A DNA stretch of 64,000 nucleotides from an uncultured Rikenellaceae bacterium (lineage in GTDB: Bacteria > Bacteroidota > Bacteroidia > Bacteroidales > VadinHA17). Where the stretch lies: assembly GCA_964507015.1 (NCBI GenBank), contig CAZDOM010000002.1, positions 4,038 through 68,037 of the forward strand. Direction: 5' to 3'. Under the pieces are notes generated by a model. That model did not search any database and was not told the origin of the DNA. It saw nothing but the letters and a program-made list of their open reading frames with translations. The position numbers were made by a program, and so were the translations under genes. The number at the start of each line of letters is the position of its first letter. Within the stretch, counting starts at the first letter, position 1. Of the stretch, positions 18,640 through 29,337 are shown piece by piece.

Positions 18640-19653
18640 ATGAGCAACGAAGAAAGAAAAGAGATCAACAAGGAAAAGCTAAAAGCGCTTGAGGTGACCC
18701 TGGGTAAAATCGAAAAAGATTTCGGGAAGGGTACGATAATGAAACTTGGAGACCATGCTATAGAGAATATACAAACAATCTCCACCGGATCCATCGGACT
18801 TGATGCAGCCCTTGGTATAGGAGGCCTTCCCCGTGGTCGTGTTATTGAGATTTACGGTCCTGAAGCCTCAGGGAAAACAACCCTGGCAATTCATGCAATT
18901 GCTGAAGCACAGAAAAACGGAGGAATTGCTGCAATAATAGATGCTGAACATACATTCGATAGGTTATATGCTGGAAAACTGGGTGTTGATGTTGAAAATC
19001 TTCTGATCTCACAACCCGATAATGGGGAACAGGCACTCGAGATAACTGATAACCTGATCCGTTCAGGAGCACTAGATATAGTTGTAATTGATTCAGTCGC
19101 AGCCCTGACTCCAAAAGCTGAAATAGAAGGTGAGATGGGTGATTCAAGGATGGGATTACAAGCCAGACTGATGTCGCAGGCACTTAGAAAACTGACAGCT
19201 AATATTAGCAAAACAAATACTTCATGCATTTTCATTAACCAGCTGAGAGAGAAGATTGGTGTTATGTTTGGGAACCCTGAAACAACAACCGGAGGAAATG
19301 CACTTAAATTCTATGCCTCTGTAAGACTGGATATCCGAAGGACAAGCCAGTTGAAAGATGGGGACGAAGTGACAGGAAACAGGACCAGGGTGAAAATAGT
19401 AAAAAACAAACTTGCCCCACCATTCAAAAAAGCCGATTTTGATATCCTCTATGGTGAAGGGATATCTCAAGTTGGGGAAATAATTGACCTTGGTACTGAT
19501 TTCAACATTATCAAAAAAAGCGGCTCATGGTTCAGTTACGGGGAAACCCGCATTGGTCAGGGACGCGATGCCGTTAAACAGATACTTAAGGATAATCCTG
19601 AATTATACGAGGAGCTTAAAACCAAAGTAACAGAAGCTCTTAAGAAACAATAA
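18640..19653 (+). CDS. recA: Recombinase RecA
   Basis: The whole sequence is diagnostic: [19 protein letters not shown], Walker [60 protein letters not shown]. Confidence 0.97.
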   Translation: MSNEERKEINKEKLKALEVTLGKIEKDFGKGTIMKLGDHAIENIQTISTGSIGLDAALGIGGLPRGRVIEIYGPEASGKTTLAIHAIAEAQKNGGIAAIIDAEHTFDRLYAGKLGVDVENLLISQPDNGEQALEITDNLIRSGALDIVVIDSVAALTPKAEIEGEMGDSRMGLQARLMSQALRKLTANISKTNTSCIFINQLREKIGVMFGNPETTTGGNALKFYASVRLDIRRTSQLKDGDEVTGNRTRVKIVKNKLAPPFKKADFDILYGEGISQVGEIIDLGTDFNIIKKSGSWFSYGETRIGQGRDAVKQILKDNPELYEELKTKVTEALKKQ

Positions 19654-19673
19654 TAATCCAAATACTATTACTG

Positions 19674-21737
19674 ATGAAAAGATATCACCTTTCGATAATT
19701 CTTCTGATTTTCCTATTATCTCCGGGTTGCAAACAGGAGAAATCAGCTTCACAGGAAGAAGAACCCCGGTTCAATAATGAACTTACTGCTGAAGAAAAAG
19801 CAGGAGGAGTGATGACTCCTGAAATAATGTTGAAATTCGGACGGCTTGGCTCATTTGCCCTCTCTCCCGATGGTTCAACTGTTCTCTATACCGTCACTGA
19901 TATAGACCTTCAAACCGAAGCAAGAAGAACAAATATCTTTAAAGTATCCTCTGCAGGCGGAGATCCTGTACAACTCACTACAGAAGGAGGCAATTCACCA
20001 CAGTGGTTCAATAAAGGTAAATCCATTGCCTATGTTAATAATAATGGTGAACTGAATACTATGGATCCCGATGGTGCTGACAAACAAACAGTTAAAGGAT
20101 TTAAAGATTTTGAAATTTACAGTATTTCACCTGATGGAAACAAAATCTACTTTACCAGAAGAATAAAACTTGATCAGACTGCAAATGAAAAACATAATCT
20201 TCCAAAAGCAAATGTCAGGATAATTGATGACCTTATGTACAGGCACTGGAATTATTGGAGTGATTATTCCTACAGTCACATTAATGTTGCTTCATTTGAC
20301 GGGAAAAGTATCTCTGATGAAAAAGATATCATGGAAGGCCAGAGGTTTGAATCTCCGCTTGCCCCCTATTTTGATGAGGGAGAAATCTCCTGGAGTCCCG
20401 ATAGTAAGTATGTTGCCTATACAACAAAGAGGCTTAGGGGAAAAGAGGATGCAAAAAGTACAAACTCTGATATAATGCTTTATAATCTTTCCACGGGAGA
20501 GGAAGTGAATATTTCTGAAGGGAACAGGGGGTACGACAGGTCACCCGTCTTTTCACCTGATGGTACAAAAATAGCCTTTCAAAGCATGGAAAGAGACGGA
20601 TACGAAGCAGATCTTGACAGACTTTTTGTCTATGATATAACTAAAGGTACCCGCAAATGGATAACAAAAGGATGGGATTTTGACGTGGAAAGTATCAACT
20701 GGGCAGATAATGAAACAATATACTTTGCATGTGCTCATCTGGGAACAACACAGGTATTTAAAACCAAAATATCAGCACGTGGTGTCGACCAGGTTACTGA
20801 GGGTGTCCATGAGTTAAGTCCCATAAGTCTCAAATCGGGCATAATGGTAGCTATTATTAAGTCATTATCAATGGCTCACGAACTGGCATCTGTTGATCCT
20901 TCCACTGGTGATGTTAAACAGATCACATTCATAAATAAAAAGATATATGAATCAATAAAAATGGGACGGACGGAAGAAAAATATATCAAAACGAGGGACA
21001 ACAAAGATCTGCAGATGTGGATTATCTACCCTCCTGATTTTAAGCCGGCTAAGAAATATCCGGCGCTTCTGTTCTGTAATGGAGGACCGCAAGGTACTCT
21101 GGGACAATTCTGGTCATACCGATGGAATATGCAGATGATGGCGGCCAAAGGCTACATAGTGATATGTCCTAACAGGCGGGGCAATGCCGGTTTTGGTCAG
21201 GCATGGAAAGAGCAAATCTCGGGTGACTACGGAGGTGCCAATATAAATGATTATCTCGATGCTACTGATGCCATGGCAAAAGAACCGTTTGTTGATTCTG
21301 AGCAGCTTGGGGCAGTTGGAGCAAGTTATGGTGGATTCTCTGTATTTTACCTTGCGGGTGTACATGGAGGAAGATTTAAGGTTTTCATAGCACACTGCGG
21401 TATGTTTGACTTTACCAGCTGGTACGGATCAACAGAGGAATTATGGTTCCCTGACAAAGATATAGAAGGTCCATACTGGAATATGGGGAAAAGTTACCGG
21501 TTCTCACCTCACCTGATGGTAACTAACTGGGATACTCCTATACTGATTATCACCGGAGCTAATGATTTCAGGATACCCTATACACAGAGTATGGAAGCAT
21601 TCCAGGCCGCCCAGTTGAACAATGTACCAAGCAAACTTTTGTTCTTCGAAGATGAATCACATTTTGTGCAGAAACCACAGAATGCTGTTATATGGCAGAG
21701 AGAATTCTTTGAGTGGCTGGAGACATATCTGAAATAG
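19674..21737 (+). CDS. S9-family serine peptidase (prolyl oligopeptidase/acylaminoacyl peptidase type) with N-terminal TolB-like beta-propeller; lipoprotein
   Basis: The lipobox is LSPGC. SPDG propeller repeats are present. The nucleophile elbow is GASYGGF, and a C-terminal D...H is present (GANDFRIP, DESHFV). Confidence 0.8.
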   Translation: MKRYHLSIILLIFLLSPGCKQEKSASQEEEPRFNNELTAEEKAGGVMTPEIMLKFGRLGSFALSPDGSTVLYTVTDIDLQTEARRTNIFKVSSAGGDPVQLTTEGGNSPQWFNKGKSIAYVNNNGELNTMDPDGADKQTVKGFKDFEIYSISPDGNKIYFTRRIKLDQTANEKHNLPKANVRIIDDLMYRHWNYWSDYSYSHINVASFDGKSISDEKDIMEGQRFESPLAPYFDEGEISWSPDSKYVAYTTKRLRGKEDAKSTNSDIMLYNLSTGEEVNISEGNRGYDRSPVFSPDGTKIAFQSMERDGYEADLDRLFVYDITKGTRKWITKGWDFDVESINWADNETIYFACAHLGTTQVFKTKISARGVDQVTEGVHELSPISLKSGIMVAIIKSLSMAHELASVDPSTGDVKQITFINKKIYESIKMGRTEEKYIKTRDNKDLQMWIIYPPDFKPAKKYPALLFCNGGPQGTLGQFWSYRWNMQMMAAKGYIVICPNRRGNAGFGQAWKEQISGDYGGANINDYLDATDAMAKEPFVDSEQLGAVGASYGGFSVFYLAGVHGGRFKVFIAHCGMFDFTSWYGSTEELWFPDKDIEGPYWNMGKSYRFSPHLMVTNWDTPILIITGANDFRIPYTQSMEAFQAAQLNNVPSKLLFFEDESHFVQKPQNAVIWQREFFEWLETYLK

Positions 21738-21755
21738 AATACCTCTCCCCAAACC

Positions 21756-21827
21756 TCCCGAATAAGTTCGGGACAAGCTTCCGCTATCGCGGAATCTCCG
21801 CTTTGCTCCAATCTCTCCCAAGAGAGA
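21756..21827. other. Three consecutive short GC-rich tetraloop hairpins between convergent genes
   Basis: H1 is TCCCGAA-taag-TTCGGGA (21756-21773). H2 is TTCCGC-tatc-GCGGAA (21779-21794). H3 is TCTCTC-ccaa-GAGAGA (21812-21827). Confidence 0.45.
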
Positions 21828-21853
21828 GGGGTTTAAAATAAGTTCAGGTGATG

Positions 21854-22777
21854 CTAGTCATTAAGTAATCCCAGCACTTTTTCAATCTTGTCTTCCAGGG
21901 TTGTTTTTCCATCAAGCCAGTGTATTTTTATCCCTTTCCTTTCCATTCCCCGGAACCATGTCATCTGGCGCTTTGCAAACTGATGTATTGCTATTTCGAG
22001 ATTATTTACCATTTCCTGGTACCCGTATTTCCCATCCAGGTATAATGTAATGTACTTATATTCAAGACCATAGTAAACAAGAGTCTCTTTCCTGACACCT
22101 TCTCCCAGCAGTCTCCTGACCTCTTCCACCATTCCTTCGTCGAGACGTTTTTTAAGTCTCTCCGTAATCCTTTGGCGCCTTTCTTCCCTGTCGAACATAA
22201 TACCTGTAATAAAAGCTTTCAGACGAGGAAACTGGCTATGTTTCTTACTGCCTGCCCTGCTGAATTGTTCAATCTCTATAGCCCTGATGATTCTTTTCTT
22301 TGTGTCAATATCTGTAGTATTATGCAGATTTTTATAGGTAGAAAGTATATCTATAAGCTCCTGCATACTTTTCTTCTCAAGTTTTGCTCTCAACCCGGAG
22401 TCAGGAGGTACTTCCTGCATTTTGTAGCCGGTAATGATACTGTCGATATACATACCTGACCCTCCGCAGACAACGGGAAATACTTTTCTTCCCTTCATGT
22501 CTTCATAGACTCTCTTGAATTCACTCTGATATTCAAAGACATTATACTTATACCCGGGATCTACAATATCGAGGATGTGGTATGGGACAGCCTTGCCGTC
22601 AACATAATAATCAGAATAATCCTTGCCGGTACCAAGGTTCATGCCTCTGTATACCTGTCGTGAATCGGCACTTATTACCTCTCCTCCGATATGAAATGCA
22701 AGGTTGGCGGCTAATGTTGTTTTACCAGATGCAGTAGGACCTGTAATTACCAGAATATCATATCCATTCTTCAGCAT
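21854..22777 (-). CDS. miaA: tRNA dimethylallyltransferase MiaA
   Basis: The P-loop is GPTASGKTT, followed by SADSRQVYRGMNLGTGK and ...TRQFAKRQMTWFR-like (HQFAKRQMTWFRG). Confidence 0.9.
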   Translation of the reverse strand: MLKNGYDILVITGPTASGKTTLAANLAFHIGGEVISADSRQVYRGMNLGTGKDYSDYYVDGKAVPYHILDIVDPGYKYNVFEYQSEFKRVYEDMKGRKVFPVVCGGSGMYIDSIITGYKMQEVPPDSGLRAKLEKKSMQELIDILSTYKNLHNTTDIDTKKRIIRAIEIEQFSRAGSKKHSQFPRLKAFITGIMFDREERRQRITERLKKRLDEGMVEEVRRLLGEGVRKETLVYYGLEYKYITLYLDGKYGYQEMVNNLEIAIHQFAKRQMTWFRGMERKGIKIHWLDGKTTLEDKIEKVLGLLND

Positions 22778-22832
22778 TTATTATATCTTCACGGGTGGTT
22801 AACCATGAAAAGCAAGTTACCATAAAAATACT

Positions 22833-22840
22833 TAATTTTG
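22833..22840 (+). promoter_or_regulatory. Candidate -7 box TAATTTTG for smpB
   Basis: This is a perfect TAnnTTTG match 32 nt upstream of the ATG at 22873. Confidence 0.35.
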
Positions 22841-22872
22841 CCACTTGCCGATCTGTTTTATAGCACTGATTA

Positions 22873-23331
22873 ATGAGAAGAGGATCAAGTGATATTGTAA
22901 TAAAGAACAAGAAAGCTTCGCATGATTATGAGTTTCTCGAGAAATTCATAGCAGGAATTCAGCTCTCAGGGACAGAAATAAAGTCGATAAGGCTTGGAAA
23001 AGCTACTCTGGCAGATTCTTATTGCTTTTTCAGTGCAGGAGAATTATTTATAAAGGGTATGCATATCGCTGAATATTATTGGGGCAACCTGAATAATCAT
23101 GATCCAATGCGTGAAAGGAAAATGCTGCTCACAAAAAGAGAACTGAAAAGAATAGAAAGAAAAGTAAAAGAGAGCGGGTTGACTATTATCGTCACCAAAG
23201 TGTTTATTAATGACCGGGGTCTTGCGAAAGCTGAAATAGCCATATCCAAAGGGAAGAGGGAATATGACAAACGTCAGACAATAAAGCGTAAGGATACAGA
23301 ACGAGAACTGGATCGCATCAGAAAAAGATAA
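22873..23331 (+). CDS. smpB: SsrA-binding protein SmpB
   Basis: The sequence reads NKKASHDYEFLEKFIAGIQLSGTEIKSIR...RERKMLLTKRELKRI...KGKREYDKR. Confidence 0.92.
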   Translation: MRRGSSDIVIKNKKASHDYEFLEKFIAGIQLSGTEIKSIRLGKATLADSYCFFSAGELFIKGMHIAEYYWGNLNNHDPMRERKMLLTKRELKRIERKVKESGLTIIVTKVFINDRGLAKAEIAISKGKREYDKRQTIKRKDTERELDRIRKR

Positions 23332-23347
23332 TAATACACAAACTTTA

Positions 23348-24067
23348 TCAGAAATTGGGGCTGAGCAGATATCTTGAATAAAACTTGACTATAGAGGCTA
23401 CGGCATCCTTGGAGGTATCCACCAGAGTAAACAGGTCAAGATCCTCAGGAAAGATATTATGTTCCTCCCCCAGCATTTCTTCTTTGATCCAGTCAATGAG
23501 ACCTTTCCAGTATTTCTTTCCCACCAGTATTATAGGGAACTTACCAATCTTTCTTGTCTGGATAAGTGTGATGGCTTCAAAGAGCTCATCAAAAGTTCCG
23601 AATCCACCGGGTAATACTATGAATCCCTGTGCATACTTCATAAACATAACCTTCCGTACAAAGAAATGGTCGAAAGTAATGAGTTTATCTGGATCAATAA
23701 AAGAATTGGGGCGCTGCTCAAATGGCAGATCGATATTTATACCGACAGATTTTCCACCTCCACGCTTAGCTCCCCTATTTGCTGCTTCCATAATTCCCGG
23801 TCCGCCACCTGTAATAACTCCATAACCCTTTTGTACCAGCCTGAAGGCAATATCTTCAGCAAGACGGTAATATTTATCATTATAATGTGTTCTCGCCGAT
23901 CCGAAAATTGAAACACACGGACCTATCCTGGCAAGTTTTTCAAAACCTTCAACAAGTTCAGATATTATCTTAAATACTCTCCATGAATCAGTTATATGTA
24001 TTTCATTCCATGTCTTTTCATCGAAAGCATCTTTAATCGGATCGGAAGGTTTGTCCAATTTACCCAT
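23348..24067 (-). CDS. LOG-family (TIGR00730) nucleotide 5'-monophosphate nucleosidase
   Basis: The motifs are GGGPGIMEAANRGA and PGGFGTFDELFE. The ATG at 24067 (MGKLDKPSD) is preferred over 24091. Confidence 0.8.
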   Translation of the reverse strand: MGKLDKPSDPIKDAFDEKTWNEIHITDSWRVFKIISELVEGFEKLARIGPCVSIFGSARTHYNDKYYRLAEDIAFRLVQKGYGVITGGGPGIMEAANRGAKRGGGKSVGINIDLPFEQRPNSFIDPDKLITFDHFFVRKVMFMKYAQGFIVLPGGFGTFDELFEAITLIQTRKIGKFPIILVGKKYWKGLIDWIKEEMLGEEHNIFPEDLDLFTLVDTSKDAVASIVKFYSRYLLSPNF

Positions 24068-24105
24068 TACAGATAGTATTAAGAATGTCAAATATAATTA
24101 TTTTT

Positions 24106-26925
24106 TTAAGCCTTCAACTCCTCTTTAAGAAATAATCCGGTGTAACTGTCGGAACATTTTGCCAGTTCTTCAGGAGAACCTTCAAAAACAATATTACCTC
24201 CTTTGCTGCCACCCTCTTTACCCAGGTCAATAATATGATCTGCCATTTTTATAACATCCATATTATGTTCAATGACAATTACCGTATTTCCTCTTTCTAC
24301 CAAACGGTTAAGTACATCCAGCAGGACTCTTACATCTTCAAAATGGAGCCCTGTAGTTGGTTCATCTAGTATATAGAGAGTCTTCCCGGTATCACGACGT
24401 GCCAGTTCTGTTGCAAGTTTGACACGTTGAGCTTCACCACCCGAAAGTGTTGTTGATTGCTGGCCTAACCTGATATAACCGAGCCCGACATCCTTCAGTG
24501 TTTTCAGTTTGTGATATATGGAAGGGATATTGGAAAAAAAATCGACAGCCATGTTTACAGTCATATCAAGTACATCACTTATATTCTGTCCTTTATACTT
24601 AACCTCAAGGGTTTCCCTGTTATAACGTTTCCCGTTGCAATCAGTACAATGAACATAAACATCAGGAAGGAAATTCATTTCAATTGTTTTTACTCCGGCA
24701 CCCTGGCACCCTTCACATCTTCCACCCTTAACATTAAATGAGAATCGTCCTGCATTGAATCCCCGTATCTTTGCCTCAGCAGTTTGTTCAAACAGTTTAC
24801 GAATATCGGTAAAGACACCGGTATAAGTTGCAGGATTTGATCTTGGTGTTTTGCCTATCGGTGACTGGCTAACTTCAATGACCTTATCAAGATGTTCCAG
24901 ACCTGATATATCTTTATACGGCAAAGGCGTTCGACCTGAGTTATGAAAGCGTCTTGCAAGTGCCGGATGGAGGGTCTGGTTAATGAGTGATGATTTACCA
25001 CTACCTGAAACACCTGTTATACAAATAAATGTACCAAGAGGAAGGATAACATCCACATTGTTGAGATTATGTCCTGAAGCGCTTGTCATCATAAGGGATT
25101 TGCCATTTCCGGTTCTTCGTTTCAGGGGAATAATGAATCTACTCTTGTTGTTGAGAAACTCTGAAGTCAGGGTATTATTATTCATTATTTCATCAGGTTT
25201 TCCTTCTGCAACCACCAGTCCACCGTGTAAACCGGCACCGGGTCCCATGTCAATAATGTGATCTGCCGACAGTATCATTTCCCTATCGTGTTCTACGACG
25301 ATAACTGAATTCCCGGAATCCCTGAGTTTCTTTAGAGCATAAATCAGGCGCCTGTTATCTCTCTGGTGAAGGCCGATGCTTGGTTCATCAAGTATATAAA
25401 GCACATTCACAAGTTGTGAGCCAATCTGTGTGGCAAGTCTTATTCTCTGGCTTTCACCTCCTGAAAGCGTAGCTGCACCCCTGTTAAGAGAAAGATACTC
25501 AAGACCAACCTCAAGAATAAATCCAAGTCTTGCTCTTATCTCTTTAAGTATTTCTGCAGTAATCTTTCTTTGTTTTTCAGATAGTTTTTCCTCTATATTG
25601 TTTAGAAAGCCTGACAACTCCCTGATATCCATTGCTGATAATTCACCGATATTCTTATCAGCAAATCTGAAAAAGAGGGCTTCCTTCTTCAACCGAGAAC
25701 CATTACATTCAGGACAAATGTTATACTGAATATACTGGTCTTTCATTCTTGACCCGTTTTTTTTCCCATTGACAACCTCTATATTTCCAACAAAATTTAC
25801 TACTCCCTCAAAAGTGAGAAAATAATTGGATGTCATTCCCAATGGAGTATTGGACAATTTAAGCACCTCATCTGAACCATAAAGCACTTTATTGAGAGCA
25901 TCCTCAGGGATATCCCTGACAGGTGTATCAAGTGTAAAACCATTCTTTTGAGCTATAGCTTCAATCTGCCAGAATATCCATATGTTCCTGTATTTTCCAA
26001 GTGGAACAATACCACCGTTTCTGATACTGAGGTTCCTGTCCGGAATTAGTTTCTTCTCATCTATACTTGATACTTCTCCAAGGCCATTACAATGAGGGCA
26101 TGCACCCTGTGGCGAATTGAAAGAAAAACTATGGGGAGCAGGTTCATTGTAAGATATACCTGTTACCGGGCACATCAGGTGTCGACTGAAGTAACGTGGT
26201 TCATCATTATCACTATCGAGGACCATCATTACTCCGTCACCCTGGTCAAGCGATATCTGAACAGATTCTCTTAACCTTTTATCAGCAATATCACCAACCC
26301 TGAATCTGTCAATTACCAGTTCAATGAAATGAGTCTTATAACGGTCGAGTTTCATCCCCGGCTGTAGCTCTCTGATCTCATTGTTTACCCTGACACGAAG
26401 GAAACCTTTTCTTCTCAGCTGCTCAAAAAGTTCCTTATAATGACCTTTACGGCCCTTAATAACAGGAGCAAGAAAATAGACTTTTTTATTAACAAATCTT
26501 TCTCTGATAAGATCCACGATCTGGTCATCAGTGTATTTAACCATTTTCTCTCCTGAAGCCCAGGAATATGCCTCAGCTGCCCTGGCATAAAGCAATCTCA
26601 GGAAATCATAAATCTCTGTTATGGTACCAACTGTAGATCGAGGGTTTTTGTTGGTTGATTTCTGTTCGATGGAAATAACCGGGCTTAATCCAGTAATCTT
26701 GTCAACATCAGGGCGTTCCATGCCTCCCAGGAACTGTCTTGCATAGGTGGAAAGGGTCTCCATATACCGGCGCTGGCCTTCTGAATAAATGGTGTCGAAG
26801 GCAAGAGATGATTTACCGCTTCCGCTAAGTCCTGTTATTACAACAAATTTATTACGCGGAATAGTAACATCAATATCCTTGAGGTTATGTACCCTGGCAC
26901 CCAGAACTTTAATTTCTTCACTCAT
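24106..26925 (-). CDS. uvrA: Excinuclease ABC subunit A (UvrA)
   Basis: The N-terminus is IKVLGARVHNLKDIDVTIPRNKFVVITGLSGSGKSSLAFDTIY. Zinc-finger cysteines and a second ABC cassette (GVSGSGKSSL, LSGGEAQRVKLA, LYILDEPTTGLH) are present. The start at 26925 (MSEEIK) is preferred over the track start at 26973. Confidence 0.95.
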   Translation of the reverse strand: MSEEIKVLGARVHNLKDIDVTIPRNKFVVITGLSGSGKSSLAFDTIYSEGQRRYMETLSTYARQFLGGMERPDVDKITGLSPVISIEQKSTNKNPRSTVGTITEIYDFLRLLYARAAEAYSWASGEKMVKYTDDQIVDLIRERFVNKKVYFLAPVIKGRKGHYKELFEQLRRKGFLRVRVNNEIRELQPGMKLDRYKTHFIELVIDRFRVGDIADKRLRESVQISLDQGDGVMMVLDSDNDEPRYFSRHLMCPVTGISYNEPAPHSFSFNSPQGACPHCNGLGEVSSIDEKKLIPDRNLSIRNGGIVPLGKYRNIWIFWQIEAIAQKNGFTLDTPVRDIPEDALNKVLYGSDEVLKLSNTPLGMTSNYFLTFEGVVNFVGNIEVVNGKKNGSRMKDQYIQYNICPECNGSRLKKEALFFRFADKNIGELSAMDIRELSGFLNNIEEKLSEKQRKITAEILKEIRARLGFILEVGLEYLSLNRGAATLSGGESQRIRLATQIGSQLVNVLYILDEPSIGLHQRDNRRLIYALKKLRDSGNSVIVVEHDREMILSADHIIDMGPGAGLHGGLVVAEGKPDEIMNNNTLTSEFLNNKSRFIIPLKRRTGNGKSLMMTSASGHNLNNVDVILPLGTFICITGVSGSGKSSLINQTLHPALARRFHNSGRTPLPYKDISGLEHLDKVIEVSQSPIGKTPRSNPATYTGVFTDIRKLFEQTAEAKIRGFNAGRFSFNVKGGRCEGCQGAGVKTIEMNFLPDVYVHCTDCNGKRYNRETLEVKYKGQNISDVLDMTVNMAVDFFSNIPSIYHKLKTLKDVGLGYIRLGQQSTTLSGGEAQRVKLATELARRDTGKTLYILDEPTTGLHFEDVRVLLDVLNRLVERGNTVIVIEHNMDVIKMADHIIDLGKEGGSKGGNIVFEGSPEELAKCSDSYTGLFLKEELKA

Positions 26926-26947
26926 TCTTACCCTCCACTGTATAAGA

Positions 26948-27910
26948 TCAGCTTTCAGGTTCCGGAAACTCATATGTTCTCATACCTTCAACCGGTATTT
27001 TGATCACATATTCCTTGCCTGGTTTGGGTTTAAGATAAGGTTTTCTGAGCCATGGATTCAGGAATTTCAGCAATTTGTAATTTGTACCAAAATGCTCTGC
27101 AAATGTAGAAAAACTGGTTACAGCAGTATCAACAGTTACCTCTTTATATTTCAGAACAGGGTACAGTTCTCCTTCGCTAATTGTGAAACCGTAATTTGCA
27201 GGATCAGAAATAACAAGTTTGTAAGCAACAACCCGGAAGATATACCTTGCTGTCTCTTCTGCAAGCAAAAGATCATAATAATTATCCTGCTGTTGTATCA
27301 TAATTTGTTCGTTAAGGGCAGCTCTTCCGCTATTGTAAGATGCAGCTGTAAGTGTCCAGTCACCATATTTTTCATATGACTTTTTGAAATAGTCACAGGC
27401 AAATTGTGTCGATTTCTCTATATCATAACGCTCATCAATAACAGAATTTATCTCCATACCCTGTTCAATACCGGTTGCTTTCATTATCTGCCAGAAACCT
27501 GTTGCTCCTGCAGGTGAAATCATATTACTGTATTCACTTTCTGCCGCAACCAGGTATTTAAAATCGTCAGGTATGCCATTTTTCCCGAGTATCTTTTCTA
27601 TTACAGGAAGATACCTGTTCGCTCTTTTAATTATCAGTATAGTTGAAGAATGACGATAGGCACTTGTCAATATCTCTCGGTCAAGGCTTTCTCTGGTATC
27701 AAAATTCTCAAGCGGCATTCTTTCGCCTGCAAATGTGACATTATAAGGTAGCTTATAAGGTTTATTTGTATATGTCGAGTCATTTGGTGCTAAATTTTCT
27801 CCTGTTGTACTATCAGAGCCTTTAAAACTCTCTGCAACAGCTATTATTAATATCAGCACACCAGCCAGGATAAGCACCGCAAAAATATGTTTCCTGTATA
27901 GTTTTATCAT
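26948..27910 (-). CDS. Lytic murein transglycosylase (SLT domain), membrane-anchored
   Basis: There is an N-terminal transmembrane/signal anchor. The SLT catalytic context is VAAESEYSNMISPAGATGFWQIM...AASYNSG. Confidence 0.75.
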   Translation of the reverse strand: MIKLYRKHIFAVLILAGVLILIIAVAESFKGSDSTTGENLAPNDSTYTNKPYKLPYNVTFAGERMPLENFDTRESLDREILTSAYRHSSTILIIKRANRYLPVIEKILGKNGIPDDFKYLVAAESEYSNMISPAGATGFWQIMKATGIEQGMEINSVIDERYDIEKSTQFACDYFKKSYEKYGDWTLTAASYNSGRAALNEQIMIQQQDNYYDLLLAEETARYIFRVVAYKLVISDPANYGFTISEGELYPVLKYKEVTVDTAVTSFSTFAEHFGTNYKLLKFLNPWLRKPYLKPKPGKEYVIKIPVEGMRTYEFPEPES

Positions 27911-28017
27911 GATAAACAGGGTTTTGGGAAATAAAATGCAAAGGTAATATTTTTATACCTCATAAGTAAATATGTGGTACTCTAAATAACAAAAAAAGGA
28001 TGCTTTGAATGAAAAAA

Positions 28018-29337
28018 TCAGAACTTATAGGAGATCCCCGAGAATACACCGAAGGAGTAAGGATGAACTCCGGGATAAGAGATATTACTAAATGGATTGA
28101 TGAAATATCTGAATGTAGGTTCGAGGTTAATTGAGAAATTACTTGAGATATTATATTCCATACCCATACCCAGCGAGCTGCTGAACGTGAGGATATTCAA
28201 ACCTTCAGTTTTTCCAACCTGCAGCTTACCTCCTTCTGAAGATGCATAAACAGAATTGTTAACCAGCAGATTAGAGGAAATACCTCCTATTATATTAAAA
28301 TCAAGTGTTTTATCAATCACTTTATAACGAACAGTAACAGGCAGTTCCAGGAAACTAAAATTCTGATGGAGTGAATTATCAATATAAGTAAGAGCAGCCT
28401 TTTCAGGATCGAAAACATTATTATTGAAATCTGATCTGACCCTGTCGGCGCCCATATTATCTGACAGAAAAATATCATTATTTGCAGTGTAAACCGAACC
28501 ATTGGTGGTAAGCACTTCAAAATTGGGGTTCCCCTTAGTGTAGAAGTGGTCGCCGAATCCACTGTATGCAGATATACCTGAGAGTTGTTTCCCAATTGAA
28601 GAATAATAAACACCTGATTGTATACTAAGTCGCTTGTTGATCTTGTATGATAGTGCCAGTCCCCCGGAATATGAAATCATTGCTTCTTCCTGGTCCATCA
28701 GCGTTGAAAAAGCTTCGTTATCACTATCGCCAAATCTTGACTGGTATGTAGGTGAAATAAGGGCTGAGATTGACCATCGACCAGGTTCTTTCCTGTTTGT
28801 GTTATCAGGTGTATTAAGGTTAGTGGATTCATCAATATTCATATAATCGGCCGGATCATAGTTTATTGCCATCAAATCATATTTCCCGAGGTTAATGTCT
28901 TCATTATTATCCAATTTTTCCTTGGTCGATAAAGCTGAAAAATCCTGAACAGTAGTTTTTAAATTATCAGTTGCAACAGTATTAACCGGATGAATGATCT
29001 GGCGTGATATATCATTTACCGGGACTCTGTCCTGAACAGAAACCTGTGCGGGAATATTTGCTGATGTAAGGTCTGTTGCGGGGACAACTGATTCAGTATT
29101 TTGTGTAACAAGATGATTATCTATATTGGAAGAGATCTCATTACTCAGCCTGTATGCAAGAATGCCCAGGGAAAGTACAACTGCTGTAATAGCTGCAACC
29201 CTGAACAGGATCAAAGGTTTTTGCTTCTTCCTGATTACCGGGTGAATATCATTCCATACATCCTGTGGTGGAAGCACCTCATAATCTTTCAGTCCGTTTC
29301 TGAAAACCAGGTCAATATTTGCTCTTCTGTCATCCAT
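28018..29337 (-). CDS. Membrane-anchored protein with C-terminal outer-membrane beta-barrel-like domain. Putative anti-sigma partner of the adjacent ECF sigma.
   Basis: It overlaps the sigma gene by 8 nt. A ~45-aa N-terminal soluble segment is followed by one transmembrane helix (LILFRVAAITAVVLSLGILAY). The C-terminal ~250 aa has alternating beta-strand patterns and ends in ...GISYKF, the aromatic terminus typical of outer-membrane proteins. Confidence 0.55.
   Translation of the reverse strand: MDDRRANIDLVFRNGLKDYEVLPPQDVWNDIHPVIRKKQKPLILFRVAAITAVVLSLGILAYRLSNEISSNIDNHLVTQNTESVVPATDLTSANIPAQVSVQDRVPVNDISRQIIHPVNTVATDNLKTTVQDFSALSTKEKLDNNEDINLGKYDLMAINYDPADYMNIDESTNLNTPDNTNRKEPGRWSISALISPTYQSRFGDSDNEAFSTLMDQEEAMISYSGGLALSYKINKRLSIQSGVYYSSIGKQLSGISAYSGFGDHFYTKGNPNFEVLTTNGSVYTANNDIFLSDNMGADRVRSDFNNNVFDPEKAALTYIDNSLHQNFSFLELPVTVRYKVIDKTLDFNIIGGISSNLLVNNSVYASSEGGKLQVGKTEGLNILTFSSSLGMGMEYNISSNFSINLEPTFRYFINPFSNISYPGVHPYSFGVFSGISYKF

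Noticed and set aside
18501-18794. 97-aa - strand ORF across the recA start and the bcp remnant
   Set aside because: It is antisense to recA and to the conserved Bcp N-terminal stump. Its hydrophobic low-complexity sequence is typical of shadow frames.
23385-23825. 146-aa + strand ORF
   Set aside because: It is antisense to the LOG-family gene, which carries clear PGGFGTFDELFE and GGGPGIMEA motifs. The ORF has no motif of its own.
26789-27379. 196-aa + strand ORF spanning the uvrA / lytic transglycosylase junction
   Set aside because: It is antisense to two well-supported genes with diagnostic motifs. Its sequence is low-complexity, and long shadow ORFs of this kind are expected in this composition.
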